From a virus, in the IMG/VR virus record IMGVR_UViG_3300030099_007635, positions 1 to 64,000 of that record: a stretch of 64,000 nt of DNA. One strand, 5' to 3'. Positions 52,327-62,018 of the stretch are shown here, one piece after another. The notes under the pieces are model-generated. The model worked only from the letters and a program-made list of their open reading frames with translations, ran no database searches and was not told where the DNA came from. Within the stretch, counting starts at the first letter, position 1, and the number at the start of each line of letters is the position of its first letter. Position numbers and translations under genes: made by a program.

Positions 52327-53243
52327 ATCTTAAATGATTTAGCGCCTCCATTGGCTATTTCAATTTCAATAGAGTCTTCTAGGTTAATCTGGTTAGATGT
52401 GACACAGAAGAAATATCCTCCTCCACCTGCTCCACATAAGCGATGAGAGAGGATTGCGGGATTATCCTCTAGCAATAAATCTAAATCTCTTAGGGATTTG
52501 TTGGAGACAACGTGAGGAGTTTGTCTTTTTTTTATGCGCCAACCATCATTAATTGTCTTAAGGGCTTTGTCAATGAGATCTTTCTCGATATAGTCTTTTA
52601 AATTTGAAGCGCACTCAAAAAAAGGAAAGAGGTTAGACTCTACTGTTGTCTCTAAACACTTTGTGGATTGCCTCGTTATATTAGTGGGCATCAACCACAT
52701 TTTAAAATCTTTAAAAATCTTAGAGTCTAGGTGTGTAATTTTGGGGCTTTGCGAATACTCTGAAAACTCCATATGCTTTAAGCCGCTCATTCCGCAACCG
52801 TAAGGGTCTTGTCTTCCTGTTAATGGGTTAAATGTTCTCTCTATTTCTAACGCTATTTTACAGATTTCAAAATTAGATTTCTTTAAATCATAAAAATCGT
52901 TGAATGCTTTTAAAATTGCAATGCAAAAGGATGAAGAAGAAGCTAACCCACTTCCCGTGGAATAAATGTCACTATTAAATGTTATAGTGACAGGACCATT
53001 ATCATAGCGCCTAAAGACTTCTCTGGCTAAATTATTCTTAATATTTTTCCAGTGTTTAACTTTCTCTGGGCGAGAATAGTTAATAATATACTCGTCACGG
53101 TGATTATTGTGTATCGAAACCGAGGTGTATAAATTGCAAGGAAAGCTAACAACATGACCTGAGCCGTGTGTCGTTATAAATTTTTCTAAATCTGTTCCTC
53201 CACCCGCAAGAGAAACTCTTAAGGGACATTTAGCTACAACCAT
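52323..53243 (-). CDS. hddA: GHMP kinase, D-glycero-alpha-D-manno-heptose-7-phosphate kinase-like
   Basis: PLRVSLAGGGTD, GSGLASSS, G.QD.Y, GAGGGGY. Confidence 0.82.
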   Translation of the reverse strand: MVVAKCPLRVSLAGGGTDLEKFITTHGSGHVVSFPCNLYTSVSIHNNHRDEYIINYSRPEKVKHWKNIKNNLAREVFRRYDNGPVTITFNSDIYSTGSGLASSSSFCIAILKAFNDFYDLKKSNFEICKIALEIERTFNPLTGRQDPYGCGMSGLKHMEFSEYSQSPKITHLDSKIFKDFKMWLMPTNITRQSTKCLETTVESNLFPFFECASNLKDYIEKDLIDKALKTINDGWRIKKRQTPHVVSNKSLRDLDLLLEDNPAILSHRLCGAGGGGYFFCVTSNQINLEDSIEIEIANGGAKSFKI

Positions 53244-53976
53244 TTTTGCACATAAAGTAGTAAGAGTTATCGTGATTTCTTAATTTTGTTTTGAAGTCGT
53301 AATCTTTGACAGTAAAATATTTACTCAATATTTCATCCCAAGGCTCTTTGGAATCAAAGACGGTTTTATGAAGTAAAAATTGTTTAGAATCAGCATTGTA
53401 TTCTGGGCAATCTTGATGAAATCCATTTTCATCTCTGACATCAGGGAAAAGAGCGATGCTACCAAAAAATAAGCCATCTTCACTCAAGTGTTCAGATACG
53501 TTTTTAAAGAAAATATCTAAATCTTTTTCATTAAAATGTTCTATAACCTCCCAACAGGTAATAACATCAAATTTAATTTTATTGTTTGTCTCGTCTAGTA
53601 TTGAAAAATTTTCTACTAAGTTCGCGTGGCGTAAAACCTGTCTGTTTTCCTCTATTAGCCAGTTTTGGTGTTTATATACGCCACAGCTACCGTCTAAACC
53701 AATGCAAACATTTGTCTCTGAACGTTTATGAAAATCTAAGATAAGCTGTCCTGCTGCACACCCCAAATCTAAGCAATTTATTTTTTCTTTTGTAAATCGT
53801 GATAAGGATTCTTCAATAAGATCTCTATCTGTATGGTTGTCTTCGCCAGCAGAACAGTTCATCTTTAATGGCTTTAGTCTTATCTCGGACGGATCTTTCT
53901 CTGAGACTTCTCCATGAAGAGTAAAATCTGGCTCATTTATGCAGAAGGGGTGGTTTGTTTTGACTACGGTGTTCAT
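53230..53976 (-). CDS. class I SAM-dependent methyltransferase
   Basis: LDLGCAAG, FDVIT..EVIEH. Confidence 0.85.
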   Translation of the reverse strand: MNTVVKTNHPFCINEPDFTLHGEVSEKDPSEIRLKPLKMNCSAGEDNHTDRDLIEESLSRFTKEKINCLDLGCAAGQLILDFHKRSETNVCIGLDGSCGVYKHQNWLIEENRQVLRHANLVENFSILDETNNKIKFDVITCWEVIEHFNEKDLDIFFKNVSEHLSEDGLFFGSIALFPDVRDENGFHQDCPEYNADSKQFLLHKTVFDSKEPWDEILSKYFTVKDYDFKTKLRNHDNSYYFMCKNGCS

Positions 53977-53977
53977 A

Positions 53978-54961
53978 TTATTGTAAGAAAATTTTATTAA
54001 ATGTGTTCATTATCACTTCTGGCTTAAATTGATCATAGCAATTCCAGTTTTTTTCGGGTTCTGGAGTGAAATTAATTAGTTTCTCATACATTTCTTCTGC
54101 ATTATTATAATAGATACCTTTTTCACCTAAGGTCTCAATGTGGTGCTTATCTTTCGATAAACTCCATGTGATAATTGGTTTGTTAAGGCTAGAGAATTCG
54201 CCACAGGCGCAACCAAAGCTTTCTCCTTCGGCCCTCGCGTGAATCATAGCATCACAAGTGTTTATAAATTGAGATTTAATCTTAAGATCTGCGGAAGGTT
54301 CTAACTTTAGAGCACGGGGGTGAGAAAATGAAAGGTTCGTATTTTGAAACAAGAAATATATATTTTCATCTGAGTGTAGAACATGCTCCACTACGTTATC
54401 TGCCCAAGGTAAATTCCAACCATACTCTCCACCAGTCCTTCCAAAAACTCTAGCTGACAATGGAATTCCTAGCTCTTTGCGTAAATTGCCCTCGTCCTTT
54501 GAGAGAGGTGTAATCATGCTGGGGACAGCAGGGTAGCGACCACCAGAGGCGACCTTGCTTAGCCACTCTGAAACATAAGCATATACATCTCCATGTGGGT
54601 CACAAACTGGAGCGGCACATAATACCAGTGTTTTACATATCCGAGAAACAACGCCGTCATTGTTTCCAAATTTTTGCATATAAAGAGCATCACAATTTTG
54701 TGAAGCAATTACCTCGTCTAACAGGGGAACTGTTATCCTGCTGTTCCATGTCCAGTTTTCTTCTGGACTGTTTAAGGTAAAAATATCAGAGAACCTAGTT
54801 TGGAATTTCTGAATGACAGACGGATGATTTGCGTTATTCCCCTTATTATAAATGATAACAGATTCGTTACCAAGTAACTTTTCATTGTAATCAGCGAAAT
54901 CATAAAGAGTTATTTCAGTTCCACCAAGAGAAAGGTGAGGGGAATAAAAAGCAATTTTCAT
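53978..54961 (-). CDS. GT-B (GT4-like) glycosyltransferase
   Basis: GGTE...YD.A.YNE, FINTCDAM.HAR..GESFG...EF. Confidence 0.75.
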   Translation of the reverse strand: MKIAFYSPHLSLGGTEITLYDFADYNEKLLGNESVIIYNKGNNANHPSVIQKFQTRFSDIFTLNSPEENWTWNSRITVPLLDEVIASQNCDALYMQKFGNNDGVVSRICKTLVLCAAPVCDPHGDVYAYVSEWLSKVASGGRYPAVPSMITPLSKDEGNLRKELGIPLSARVFGRTGGEYGWNLPWADNVVEHVLHSDENIYFLFQNTNLSFSHPRALKLEPSADLKIKSQFINTCDAMIHARAEGESFGCACGEFSSLNKPIITWSLSKDKHHIETLGEKGIYYNNAEEMYEKLINFTPEPEKNWNCYDQFKPEVIMNTFNKIFLQ

Positions 54962-54964
54962 TTC

Positions 54965-55924
54965 TCATGAATTGTATACGGAGTTATATTTTGTAATAAT
55001 TCCTTTTAAATATGATTGGTGGATTTTGGGCGTTACAAAAGGCTTAGCAAATTTTGTCTGTTTTTTGCTTAATTTTTCCGCAACAGAAGGGTTTTTATTT
55101 AGCCAATTTACGGTGGCTTCCCAATCTATTTCATCAACATGCAGGAAGGCTCCAAAAGTTTTAAAGTAGTGATAATACCAGGACATATCATGACGCTTGG
55201 GGGTAAGGTAAATACAAAGAGAGTTTGAATACATCGCCCATAAAAGTCTGTCCCAACAATTTGTTTCTCCGTTGATGTTAAAAATGTATTTATACTTCAT
55301 TTGATCAGATGGAGCGACAAAGCCACCCTCAATCTTTTTCCAGTCGTATTTTTCTAGATACTCCGCATGCCCATTCGGAGTTACGTTCATGAAGAAGTTT
55401 GTTATTTTAAAGTCTGCTATCTCTGAGTCTTGGTTTTCCCAACAGAACGTAAATCTTTGATTTTCTTTGGGGTTGGCTCCTCCGCAATAACTTCCTGCAA
55501 ATACGGCTCGATCATTTTTGCTAGAAAAATCTATATCCCACTCTCCAAAATAATTAACTAACTGTGCAACGTTAAAGATGTGAGGGTCGGGAATTAAAAT
55601 ATTGCGATCATTTTTGCGACGAGTAAAACATAAGCGAGGAGCACCATCATCATAAAAAGTTAAATCATCGCCAAAGTAAATAATTGTTTCAAAATCTATA
55701 TCGGAAAAATCTAACCCACAACCAGATAAAAGATTCATAAAGGTTCTAATTCTGGAATGGTCTTGGGTGTCGTGTTCCCTGAAAATGTGAACTCCCCCCT
55801 TGTTAATTCGTGCGTGAATTTCTTGCGGTCTTAATTCTGAGCTTTCTAGGTTTTTAAAGTCCCCCTTTGTCAAGTGAGAGATTTCTTTGTTAACACAAAA
55901 ATCTACAATTTGTTTTTCGGTCAT
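54965..55924 (-). CDS. GT90 (CAP10-like) glycosyltransferase
   Basis: P+PD, K....F.GS..G, KYKY...I.G....W.RL, WYY. Confidence 0.65.
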   Translation of the reverse strand: MTEKQIVDFCVNKEISHLTKGDFKNLESSELRPQEIHARINKGGVHIFREHDTQDHSRIRTFMNLLSGCGLDFSDIDFETIIYFGDDLTFYDDGAPRLCFTRRKNDRNILIPDPHIFNVAQLVNYFGEWDIDFSSKNDRAVFAGSYCGGANPKENQRFTFCWENQDSEIADFKITNFFMNVTPNGHAEYLEKYDWKKIEGGFVAPSDQMKYKYIFNINGETNCWDRLLWAMYSNSLCIYLTPKRHDMSWYYHYFKTFGAFLHVDEIDWEATVNWLNKNPSVAEKLSKKQTKFAKPFVTPKIHQSYLKGIITKYNSVYNS

Positions 55925-56832
55925 GACTGCTGTGTGTTTATCCAGTCTAAAAGGTTGGTTTCTGGCTTCCACCCCAAAATATATTCAGCCTTAGAATTAC
56001 CCGCTAAGCTTTCTTTAATTTCACCCAGACGAGGCTTAATGAAAACATAATCTCCTTTAATGTGTTCTGCTATTTCTAGAATGCTGTAATTTCTACCCGT
56101 TCCAATATTAAAGGTTTCTCCTGAAACTTTATCATTGTCTAGATTGGCGGCTAAAACATTAGCCCTAACAACATCCCCAACATAGGTGAAGTCTCTTCTT
56201 TGAGTCCCGTCACCAATGACGGTCATAGGTTCTCCATCTCCTTTTTGTCTTAAAAAGATTCCAATGACGGGCGCATATTGGCCTTTTAATGGTTGCCTCT
56301 CACCGTAGACATTGAAATATCGCAGGATTGAGGTTTGTAAACCAAAGAGGTTTGTATACATTTTGCAAAACTCTTCTCCTGCCACTTTGCTCACTGAATA
56401 TGGATTAAGGCAGTCGTTTGTCATTACCTCCACATTCGGAATGGTGTTTTTGATTCCATAAGAGGCAGAAGTCGAGCTATATACTACTCTTTTTACCCCA
56501 GATTCTTTTGAGCACTGTAGAATAGTGCAAGTGCCAACCGTATTAACTTGAGCCGCCAGAATTGGATTCTTTAGAGTGGGCTGAATACGAGACTCGGCGG
56601 CAAGATGAAATACTATATCCACCCCATCAAACAATGGCCTGATATTTTCATAGTCACAAATATCCAATTTGTGATTTTCTGCTTGATCATTCCAATAAAA
56701 TGAATCGTGTGATTCACTTGATTCATTATCTATGACTTTTACTTTCCATCCTAGACTTATAAGATAATCTGTTAGATTAGATCCAATAAACCCCGCACCA
56801 CCAGTAATAATCGCTGTTTTTTTATTTTGCAT
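55921..56832 (-). CDS. NAD-dependent nucleotide-sugar epimerase (extended SDR)
   Basis: TGGAGFIGS, HLAA, YSVSK, LRYFNVYG.RQ, GDG.Q.RDF. Confidence 0.9.
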   Translation of the reverse strand: MQNKKTAIITGGAGFIGSNLTDYLISLGWKVKVIDNESSESHDSFYWNDQAENHKLDICDYENIRPLFDGVDIVFHLAAESRIQPTLKNPILAAQVNTVGTCTILQCSKESGVKRVVYSSTSASYGIKNTIPNVEVMTNDCLNPYSVSKVAGEEFCKMYTNLFGLQTSILRYFNVYGERQPLKGQYAPVIGIFLRQKGDGEPMTVIGDGTQRRDFTYVGDVVRANVLAANLDNDKVSGETFNIGTGRNYSILEIAEHIKGDYVFIKPRLGEIKESLAGNSKAEYILGWKPETNLLDWINTQQS

Positions 56833-57670
56833 TATGCTTAAGGCTGTTTATTAGGGATTTAACCCTTTTCGTATAGGAATGCGTGGAAGAAAGAAATTCT
56901 CCCTGCTTGGATATTTTATCAAGTTTGTCCTTATTGTCTAAATAATACTTTAATTTTTCCGTTAATGAGTCAAGGTCGCGATAAAAAATCACATTTTCCC
57001 CATCTCTGAAACCAAGATAGTCATACATGTGATTATGATCTGTTATTAGCGCCGTTCCGCATCCAATCGTTTCAAAATTGCGATAATTTAAATCGTTAAA
57101 CATATTTTTATTAAAGTGCAGTTTTGTTTTGTTTATTGTCTCAACCATTTTGTCACCAATAACGAAAATGTGCTGCTGCAAATTAAAAGTTTGAGTTAAA
57201 AAATCTAAAAGACCCTTTCTATTAACGTGGTTGCCCACAAAAGACAGATCAATTGATTTGTCTAGTTTAAGGTTTTTTATTTTTTTATCGCAGAAGGCAT
57301 TGGCAAACCAAAGGTGGTGTGGCTCTCTCACATAATCTAAGGTAGAGTGTAATAGTAGTTGATATTTTCCTTTTTTGAAGATTTCCTCATAGGGTTCCTC
57401 ACCTCGACAATGTGCGTCGATACTCCATAACATCTTAAATGGCTTGTTACATTTTGATAAATCGGGAAGCCACTCGTCTCCGTAATTTTCTAAATTTAAA
57501 ATAAAATCAAAACTATTGAAATTGGGAGGAGTTTCGAAATTTTCATGTCCTTTACCGTAGACGGTAGGCTCCCAACCCTCTTCTTTAAAGGCGCGATAAA
57601 GACATAAACACTCCCTAAAGTCTGAGTTTTCAACATGGCGACTCGCCTCTTGTATAATTAATATTTTCAT
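56822..57670 (-). CDS. CgeB-like / GT-B glycosyltransferase
   Basis: D.SFVG, N.R.FE..G.G...IT, H+Y..R. Confidence 0.75.
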   Translation of the reverse strand: MKILIIQEASRHVENSDFRECLCLYRAFKEEGWEPTVYGKGHENFETPPNFNSFDFILNLENYGDEWLPDLSKCNKPFKMLWSIDAHCRGEEPYEEIFKKGKYQLLLHSTLDYVREPHHLWFANAFCDKKIKNLKLDKSIDLSFVGNHVNRKGLLDFLTQTFNLQQHIFVIGDKMVETINKTKLHFNKNMFNDLNYRNFETIGCGTALITDHNHMYDYLGFRDGENVIFYRDLDSLTEKLKYYLDNKDKLDKISKQGEFLSSTHSYTKRVKSLINSLKHNAK

Positions 57671-58368
57671 GGGCGAAAAAAGTTTTTCTTATACCCTTTA
57701 AATTTGACTAATAGGTCTGACTCAATCTCGGGAGGCATTGATTTGTTGTATTTTCCTTGTCCCAATGACTTTAGCTCTGATAACTTTTTCTCTTGTAGAA
57801 TTTTTAATGAATCCAGCATGAGTTTTTGCTCTAAATTTTGAATTCGTAATTGAATATCTAACAAGCTATCGTCGGGATATACTTTAATATCTTTTCTTTT
57901 TAAAAGCTTTCCCTTGTCTATTTCGGCGTTTATAAGGTGAGCGGTTGCGCCTTGAGGTAAATTGTCCTCTATTGCCCACTTTATTGTATCTAAACCTCTG
58001 TTTTCTGGCAAAATCCCAGGATGCATGTTTATAACCCCAATCTTAAAATCTTCAAAAGCAACAGGCTTAAGTATTCTGGCTCCTAGTATAATTCCCACAT
58101 CAAGTTCGTTGATATTTATTAGATTTTTAACCTTTTGGGAGTTATGTTTAACCACATGATATTCTATTCCATAAAAATCACACAGTTTTTTAGGGTGAGT
58201 CAAAAATAAGTCTTTGGGTCCAGTTCTTATTTTAGATTGATAAAATTTTAATTCCACTGGGTCTGCCGCGAAAACAATTTCAGGTTTATATCCCTCAATA
58301 CACAAATTATGCAAACCCATTTGTGTCTTTAGATGAGGGAAGTTATATGCAAAAACTCCTATTTTCAT
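57667..58368 (-). CDS. formyltransferase (sugar N-formyltransferase-like)
   Basis: INMHPGILPENRG, T.H.I...ID.G. Confidence 0.8.
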   Translation of the reverse strand: MKIGVFAYNFPHLKTQMGLHNLCIEGYKPEIVFAADPVELKFYQSKIRTGPKDLFLTHPKKLCDFYGIEYHVVKHNSQKVKNLININELDVGIILGARILKPVAFEDFKIGVINMHPGILPENRGLDTIKWAIEDNLPQGATAHLINAEIDKGKLLKRKDIKVYPDDSLLDIQLRIQNLEQKLMLDSLKILQEKKLSELKSLGQGKYNKSMPPEIESDLLVKFKGYKKNFFRP

Positions 58369-59165
58369 ATTAATTTAGACAATAGCATATGAGACTTGCG
58401 GCAGTCGAGCTTTTTATTGCTGAAAAAAAACTTTTGCTCGTTTTCGATTGAAGATGCCTTTTCTACAAAAAGCGATTCAGAAACATGATGTCCATTTAAT
58501 TGCCAATGTTTTATTACTGACTGCTCTTGTAGATCTGCTATATAAGTGCAATTGGATTGGCGAACTATTATTTTTCTTTCTTTAAAGAAAGTATCTTTGC
58601 TCCAGATCATTCTGCATAAAGGAGAAGACGAGGAAAATACTGTTGTTTTATTAAGCTTCATAACTTTATAATCTGTTACCTCGTCTAAATCTAAAAGGTG
58701 AAAAAGTAAATCTATGTCGTGTATCCCAATGTCTTCAAAAATAGAAACGTCTGAGGACTCTTCAGAAACACAACATCTACTAAAGTCTATGTTTATAAGC
58801 TTGTCTTTTTCTATGCTTTTTTTTAAGGTTTGGATTGTAGGATTAAATCTTTCAACCATTCCTACCATAAGGTTTTCATCTGCCAACATGATATCAACGT
58901 GACCTTTTTTCAGAGCCACAGGCTTTTCCACAAAAATCTTACCCTTATATCCGCTATTTCTCACATACACATAATTGTCGTAGTGATATTTTTCGGGAGA
59001 TGTAATAAATATTCTATCAAAACAATTTAAATTATTTAAATCACACCTTTTGGACAAAGGTCCAACTGGATCGGGATCATACCAATACCAGTCTATATTG
59101 TTTTTGGTTAAATATTTAGCGTGAACCTTGCCTATGTTTCCATAGCCTATTATTAAACACTTCAT
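58365..59165 (-). CDS. Gfo/Idh/MocA oxidoreductase (sugar 3-dehydrogenase-like)
   Basis: IGYGNIG..H, VEKP, VG.VERFNP, D..IHDID. Confidence 0.85.
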   Translation of the reverse strand: MKCLIIGYGNIGKVHAKYLTKNNIDWYWYDPDPVGPLSKRCDLNNLNCFDRIFITSPEKYHYDNYVYVRNSGYKGKIFVEKPVALKKGHVDIMLADENLMVGMVERFNPTIQTLKKSIEKDKLINIDFSRCCVSEESSDVSIFEDIGIHDIDLLFHLLDLDEVTDYKVMKLNKTTVFSSSSPLCRMIWSKDTFFKERKIIVRQSNCTYIADLQEQSVIKHWQLNGHHVSESLFVEKASSIENEQKFFFSNKKLDCRKSHMLLSKLI

Positions 59166-59509
59166 AGTTCTTCAATTCTTTTGGCCTTGTCATCAATTAC
59201 TAAATCAAAAGCTGGTTTAGGTTTTGGGCTTGTCCCTGTAATCAATTCGTGATATTTACAACCCCATTGTTGAAGTTGTTGTGTTGTGTATTCATAATAA
59301 TCTACGCCTGAAGTCGCCCCTCTCGCAGTCCAATAAATAATCCTCCAGCCTTTCTCATAAAGGCCGTTTATCTTTTCTATATTTTTTTTGCTTGGAATTG
59401 CTAAATCATATCGTCGAGAACCTTTTTTATAATAACAGATGGTTTCGTCTATATCTACTAATGCCACCTTCCCTGTAATTGTTTTTTTGCTAGCTTCTTG
59501 AAAGTTCAT
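59162..59509 (-). CDS. HAD-superfamily phosphatase (capsule-type, capless)
   Basis: DIDETI, WTARG, KP, IDDKA. Confidence 0.8.
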   Translation of the reverse strand: MNFQEASKKTITGKVALVDIDETICYYKKGSRRYDLAIPSKKNIEKINGLYEKGWRIIYWTARGATSGVDYYEYTTQQLQQWGCKYHELITGTSPKPKPAFDLVIDDKAKRIEEL

Positions 59510-59510
59510 T

Positions 59511-60158
59511 TTAATAGTTTTCTGTAGGAGAATTTTTATACCACCAAAGAGGGTGAGTGCTGACTAATAGCTTCTTCCATTTGTTTAAGTGCAGAGAAAA
59601 ACAGCCCTCTCGCCACCTACAGCTACTATCTGATAAATATTTAAAATCCCTAAAGGTAGAAGAATTGGGACATCTATTTTTTTCAGGAATAAGGTCTTTT
59701 ACATCTATTCCCGTTCTAACTGGTTCGTGGATATTGAAGCATTTTATTTCTTTTCCTAGAATGTTAGAGAGTATTTTTAACTCGCTATTAACATGTTCTT
59801 CGTGTGAAGCGTTTTGGGGGCAAAAACTAGGCTCATAATGCAGTCCTATTTGCTGTCCAGCATTTAGTATTTTTTTGGCTATTTCAATAGAAGCTGGTGA
59901 TAGCATATTGTATTGTCTTGCATGTAATCTTAAGAAATAAGTCGAAATAACACCAAGCTCTTTTTCTGTGTCCAAAAAATTAGAACAAAGAGATATGTCG
60001 TGATCAACATCATGAACTAACACAATTATTTTGCAACTGTCTGCCAAGGGCAATCCTGCCCCTCCATCCCATGGGGTGATTGCATCACGAAATACATATC
60101 CCTCATCTTTGTATTTTTGTAACGTGTTTTTGTAATGTCTTATGGTAAAGTCGCTCAT
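59511..60158 (-). CDS. polysaccharide deacetylase-like protein
   Basis: HDVD, STYF, IGLHY, Y.SDS...W, HP.WW. Confidence 0.7.
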   Translation of the reverse strand: MSDFTIRHYKNTLQKYKDEGYVFRDAITPWDGGAGLPLADSCKIIVLVHDVDHDISLCSNFLDTEKELGVISTYFLRLHARQYNMLSPASIEIAKKILNAGQQIGLHYEPSFCPQNASHEEHVNSELKILSNILGKEIKCFNIHEPVRTGIDVKDLIPEKNRCPNSSTFRDFKYLSDSSCRWREGCFSLHLNKWKKLLVSTHPLWWYKNSPTENY

Positions 60159-60159
60159 T

Positions 60160-61224
60160 TTATTTATCTATAACCCTCCCGTTATATTCAAAAATTTCTT
60201 TCCAAACTCTGGTTAATTTGGTTCCCCATTTTATTTTGTAATCATTTGTATTTTCTATTGATAATACTTCACAGATAGCTGCTTCAAGCAGATCAACACC
60301 CGCACCTCTACAGTGCTCCATGGTGCCTGAAACTCTGGGGTTTATTTCTAGAAGTTTGGGTTGTCCTTGTGAATTATATTTAAACTGTAGGTTTATATTA
60401 TATTTTAAATCTAGAGCATTATATAAAGTCTTTGAAAGGCTTATTAAATCTTGTTTTTCTTTAGTCTCTCCCCCAGTGCATATTCCCTCTTTTATCTGAT
60501 CTCTGCTTCTAGGTATACAGAAAAAATTTTTCTTTGTTCTTAAACAGTCTACGCTATACTCCTCCCCTTCTAGATATTCCATTATCATTAAATCTTGAAA
60601 AGATTTGCCGCCGTCTGATAGAATTTTGTATAAGTCGGAGAACGAAATATTGCTTTGAGTATTTTTTTGAGAGAAGAAGTCTTTTTTGCTTATGTTTTCT
60701 TTAATTATTCTAAACCCTCTGCTGCCGTGCGCTGAAACAGGCTTGACACAAGTAGTTATTCCTTTCTTGTCAAAGAACTGATAAAGTTCAGATAAATCGT
60801 CTACATTATTACAGATATTATAACTGGGAATAATCTGCCCAAGCCCCACTTTTTTACAAAACTTAAATAAGCTGTCCTTGTTTAATATTTTTTTCAAGGA
60901 AGAGCTTCCTGATGCAAGTATTTTACAAGATATGCTTGAAAAATCTGAAGCAGCAGTCGCTAAAGGTATTAACTCTTCATCTGCACAAGGTATAATGAGT
61001 TTTATGTTGTTTTTTTTACAATAGCTGAATAGTGTGGGAATATATTCTGGAGACGCTCCTTTGGGGGATTTAAATGAGTGTTCAGCAAACTTAAGACCAA
61101 GAGAGTCTGGGTTCATATCGCAGCCATGAATCGAAACATCCCTTAAAAGAGAAGAAGATTTAATAGAATTTCTAATATTAAGAAACCCAGGACAACCAGC
61201 GGCTGTTACTAAAATGTTTGTCAT
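60160..61224 (-). CDS. ATP-grasp ligase (CPS-like / PylC-like)
   Basis: IP..DEEL, KP....GSRG, EYL.G.EY+VD, LEINPR.SG. Confidence 0.8.
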   Translation of the reverse strand: MTNILVTAAGCPGFLNIRNSIKSSSLLRDVSIHGCDMNPDSLGLKFAEHSFKSPKGASPEYIPTLFSYCKKNNIKLIIPCADEELIPLATAASDFSSISCKILASGSSSLKKILNKDSLFKFCKKVGLGQIIPSYNICNNVDDLSELYQFFDKKGITTCVKPVSAHGSRGFRIIKENISKKDFFSQKNTQSNISFSDLYKILSDGGKSFQDLMIMEYLEGEEYSVDCLRTKKNFFCIPRSRDQIKEGICTGGETKEKQDLISLSKTLYNALDLKYNINLQFKYNSQGQPKLLEINPRVSGTMEHCRGAGVDLLEAAICEVLSIENTNDYKIKWGTKLTRVWKEIFEYNGRVIDK

Positions 61225-62018
61225 TATCTAATTCTTATATCTTTTAATAGTTTGTCAATTAGAGCTTGATTGTTTGGATCGCTAAGCGGTCTAACCATGT
61301 GTGCGGTCCAATAAAAACCATTGTTAATTAGCTCGGCATTGTAGCCAAAACCGTCCCTAGACCTACATATTTTCTTTGATTGAAGATTTTCTGAAACCCA
61401 AGCCTCTTCTAAAAAATATACGTCAGGGCTATCAAAAACAAATGTTGAAATATAATCTTCATCTAATCCCCACCAATTGTTTCCTCTTCCTATCGAAGAA
61501 GCCCTTGGTAGCTGTGTTTTAATAGACCATACTTTATTTAATTCATCATGAAGGTCATTATCTATATTAAATACTTTTTTAAATGTAGATCCTTTTCCAG
61601 AATTTTGACCACTTCCTATGAGCTTCTCTGGGCCATATGGGTGTGGACCTAATCCAACCACAAACTTAGAATCATCTATCGGCTCTATCCTGTCCCATAA
61701 GGCGCTGGAAAGTGGAATTTCATCTATTCCAGATGTAAGACAAAAATCATTTGGGAAAAGATTTGCGATACCCCAATAAAGAGACCAAGTTACAGTCCAG
61801 TCTAGACTGGGGTTGCTTATAAATTCTTCATGCTTAGGCAATAGGTAAACCTCTCCAAAATTAAAATTAACCTCCTTTTCAAGTTCCTCTTGAGTCCCTG
61901 CAAAAAGTAGGGTGGGAATAAGTGGCGTTTTTTTTGAATAAACTTCCGAAACAATGTTCCACATCCCCGAGTAAAGCGGATTGGAATTTAAAGCAAAAAC
62001 TACTCTATCTAATTTCAT
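61224..62018 (-). CDS. putative glycosyltransferase-like protein, paralog of 50596..51423
   Basis: NSNPLY..W, TSGIDE, KGSTFKK.FNI, WGLDE.Y. Confidence 0.5.
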   Translation of the reverse strand: MKLDRVVFALNSNPLYSGMWNIVSEVYSKKTPLIPTLLFAGTQEELEKEVNFNFGEVYLLPKHEEFISNPSLDWTVTWSLYWGIANLFPNDFCLTSGIDEIPLSSALWDRIEPIDDSKFVVGLGPHPYGPEKLIGSGQNSGKGSTFKKVFNIDNDLHDELNKVWSIKTQLPRASSIGRGNNWWGLDEDYISTFVFDSPDVYFLEEAWVSENLQSKKICRSRDGFGYNAELINNGFYWTAHMVRPLSDPNNQALIDKLLKDIRIR

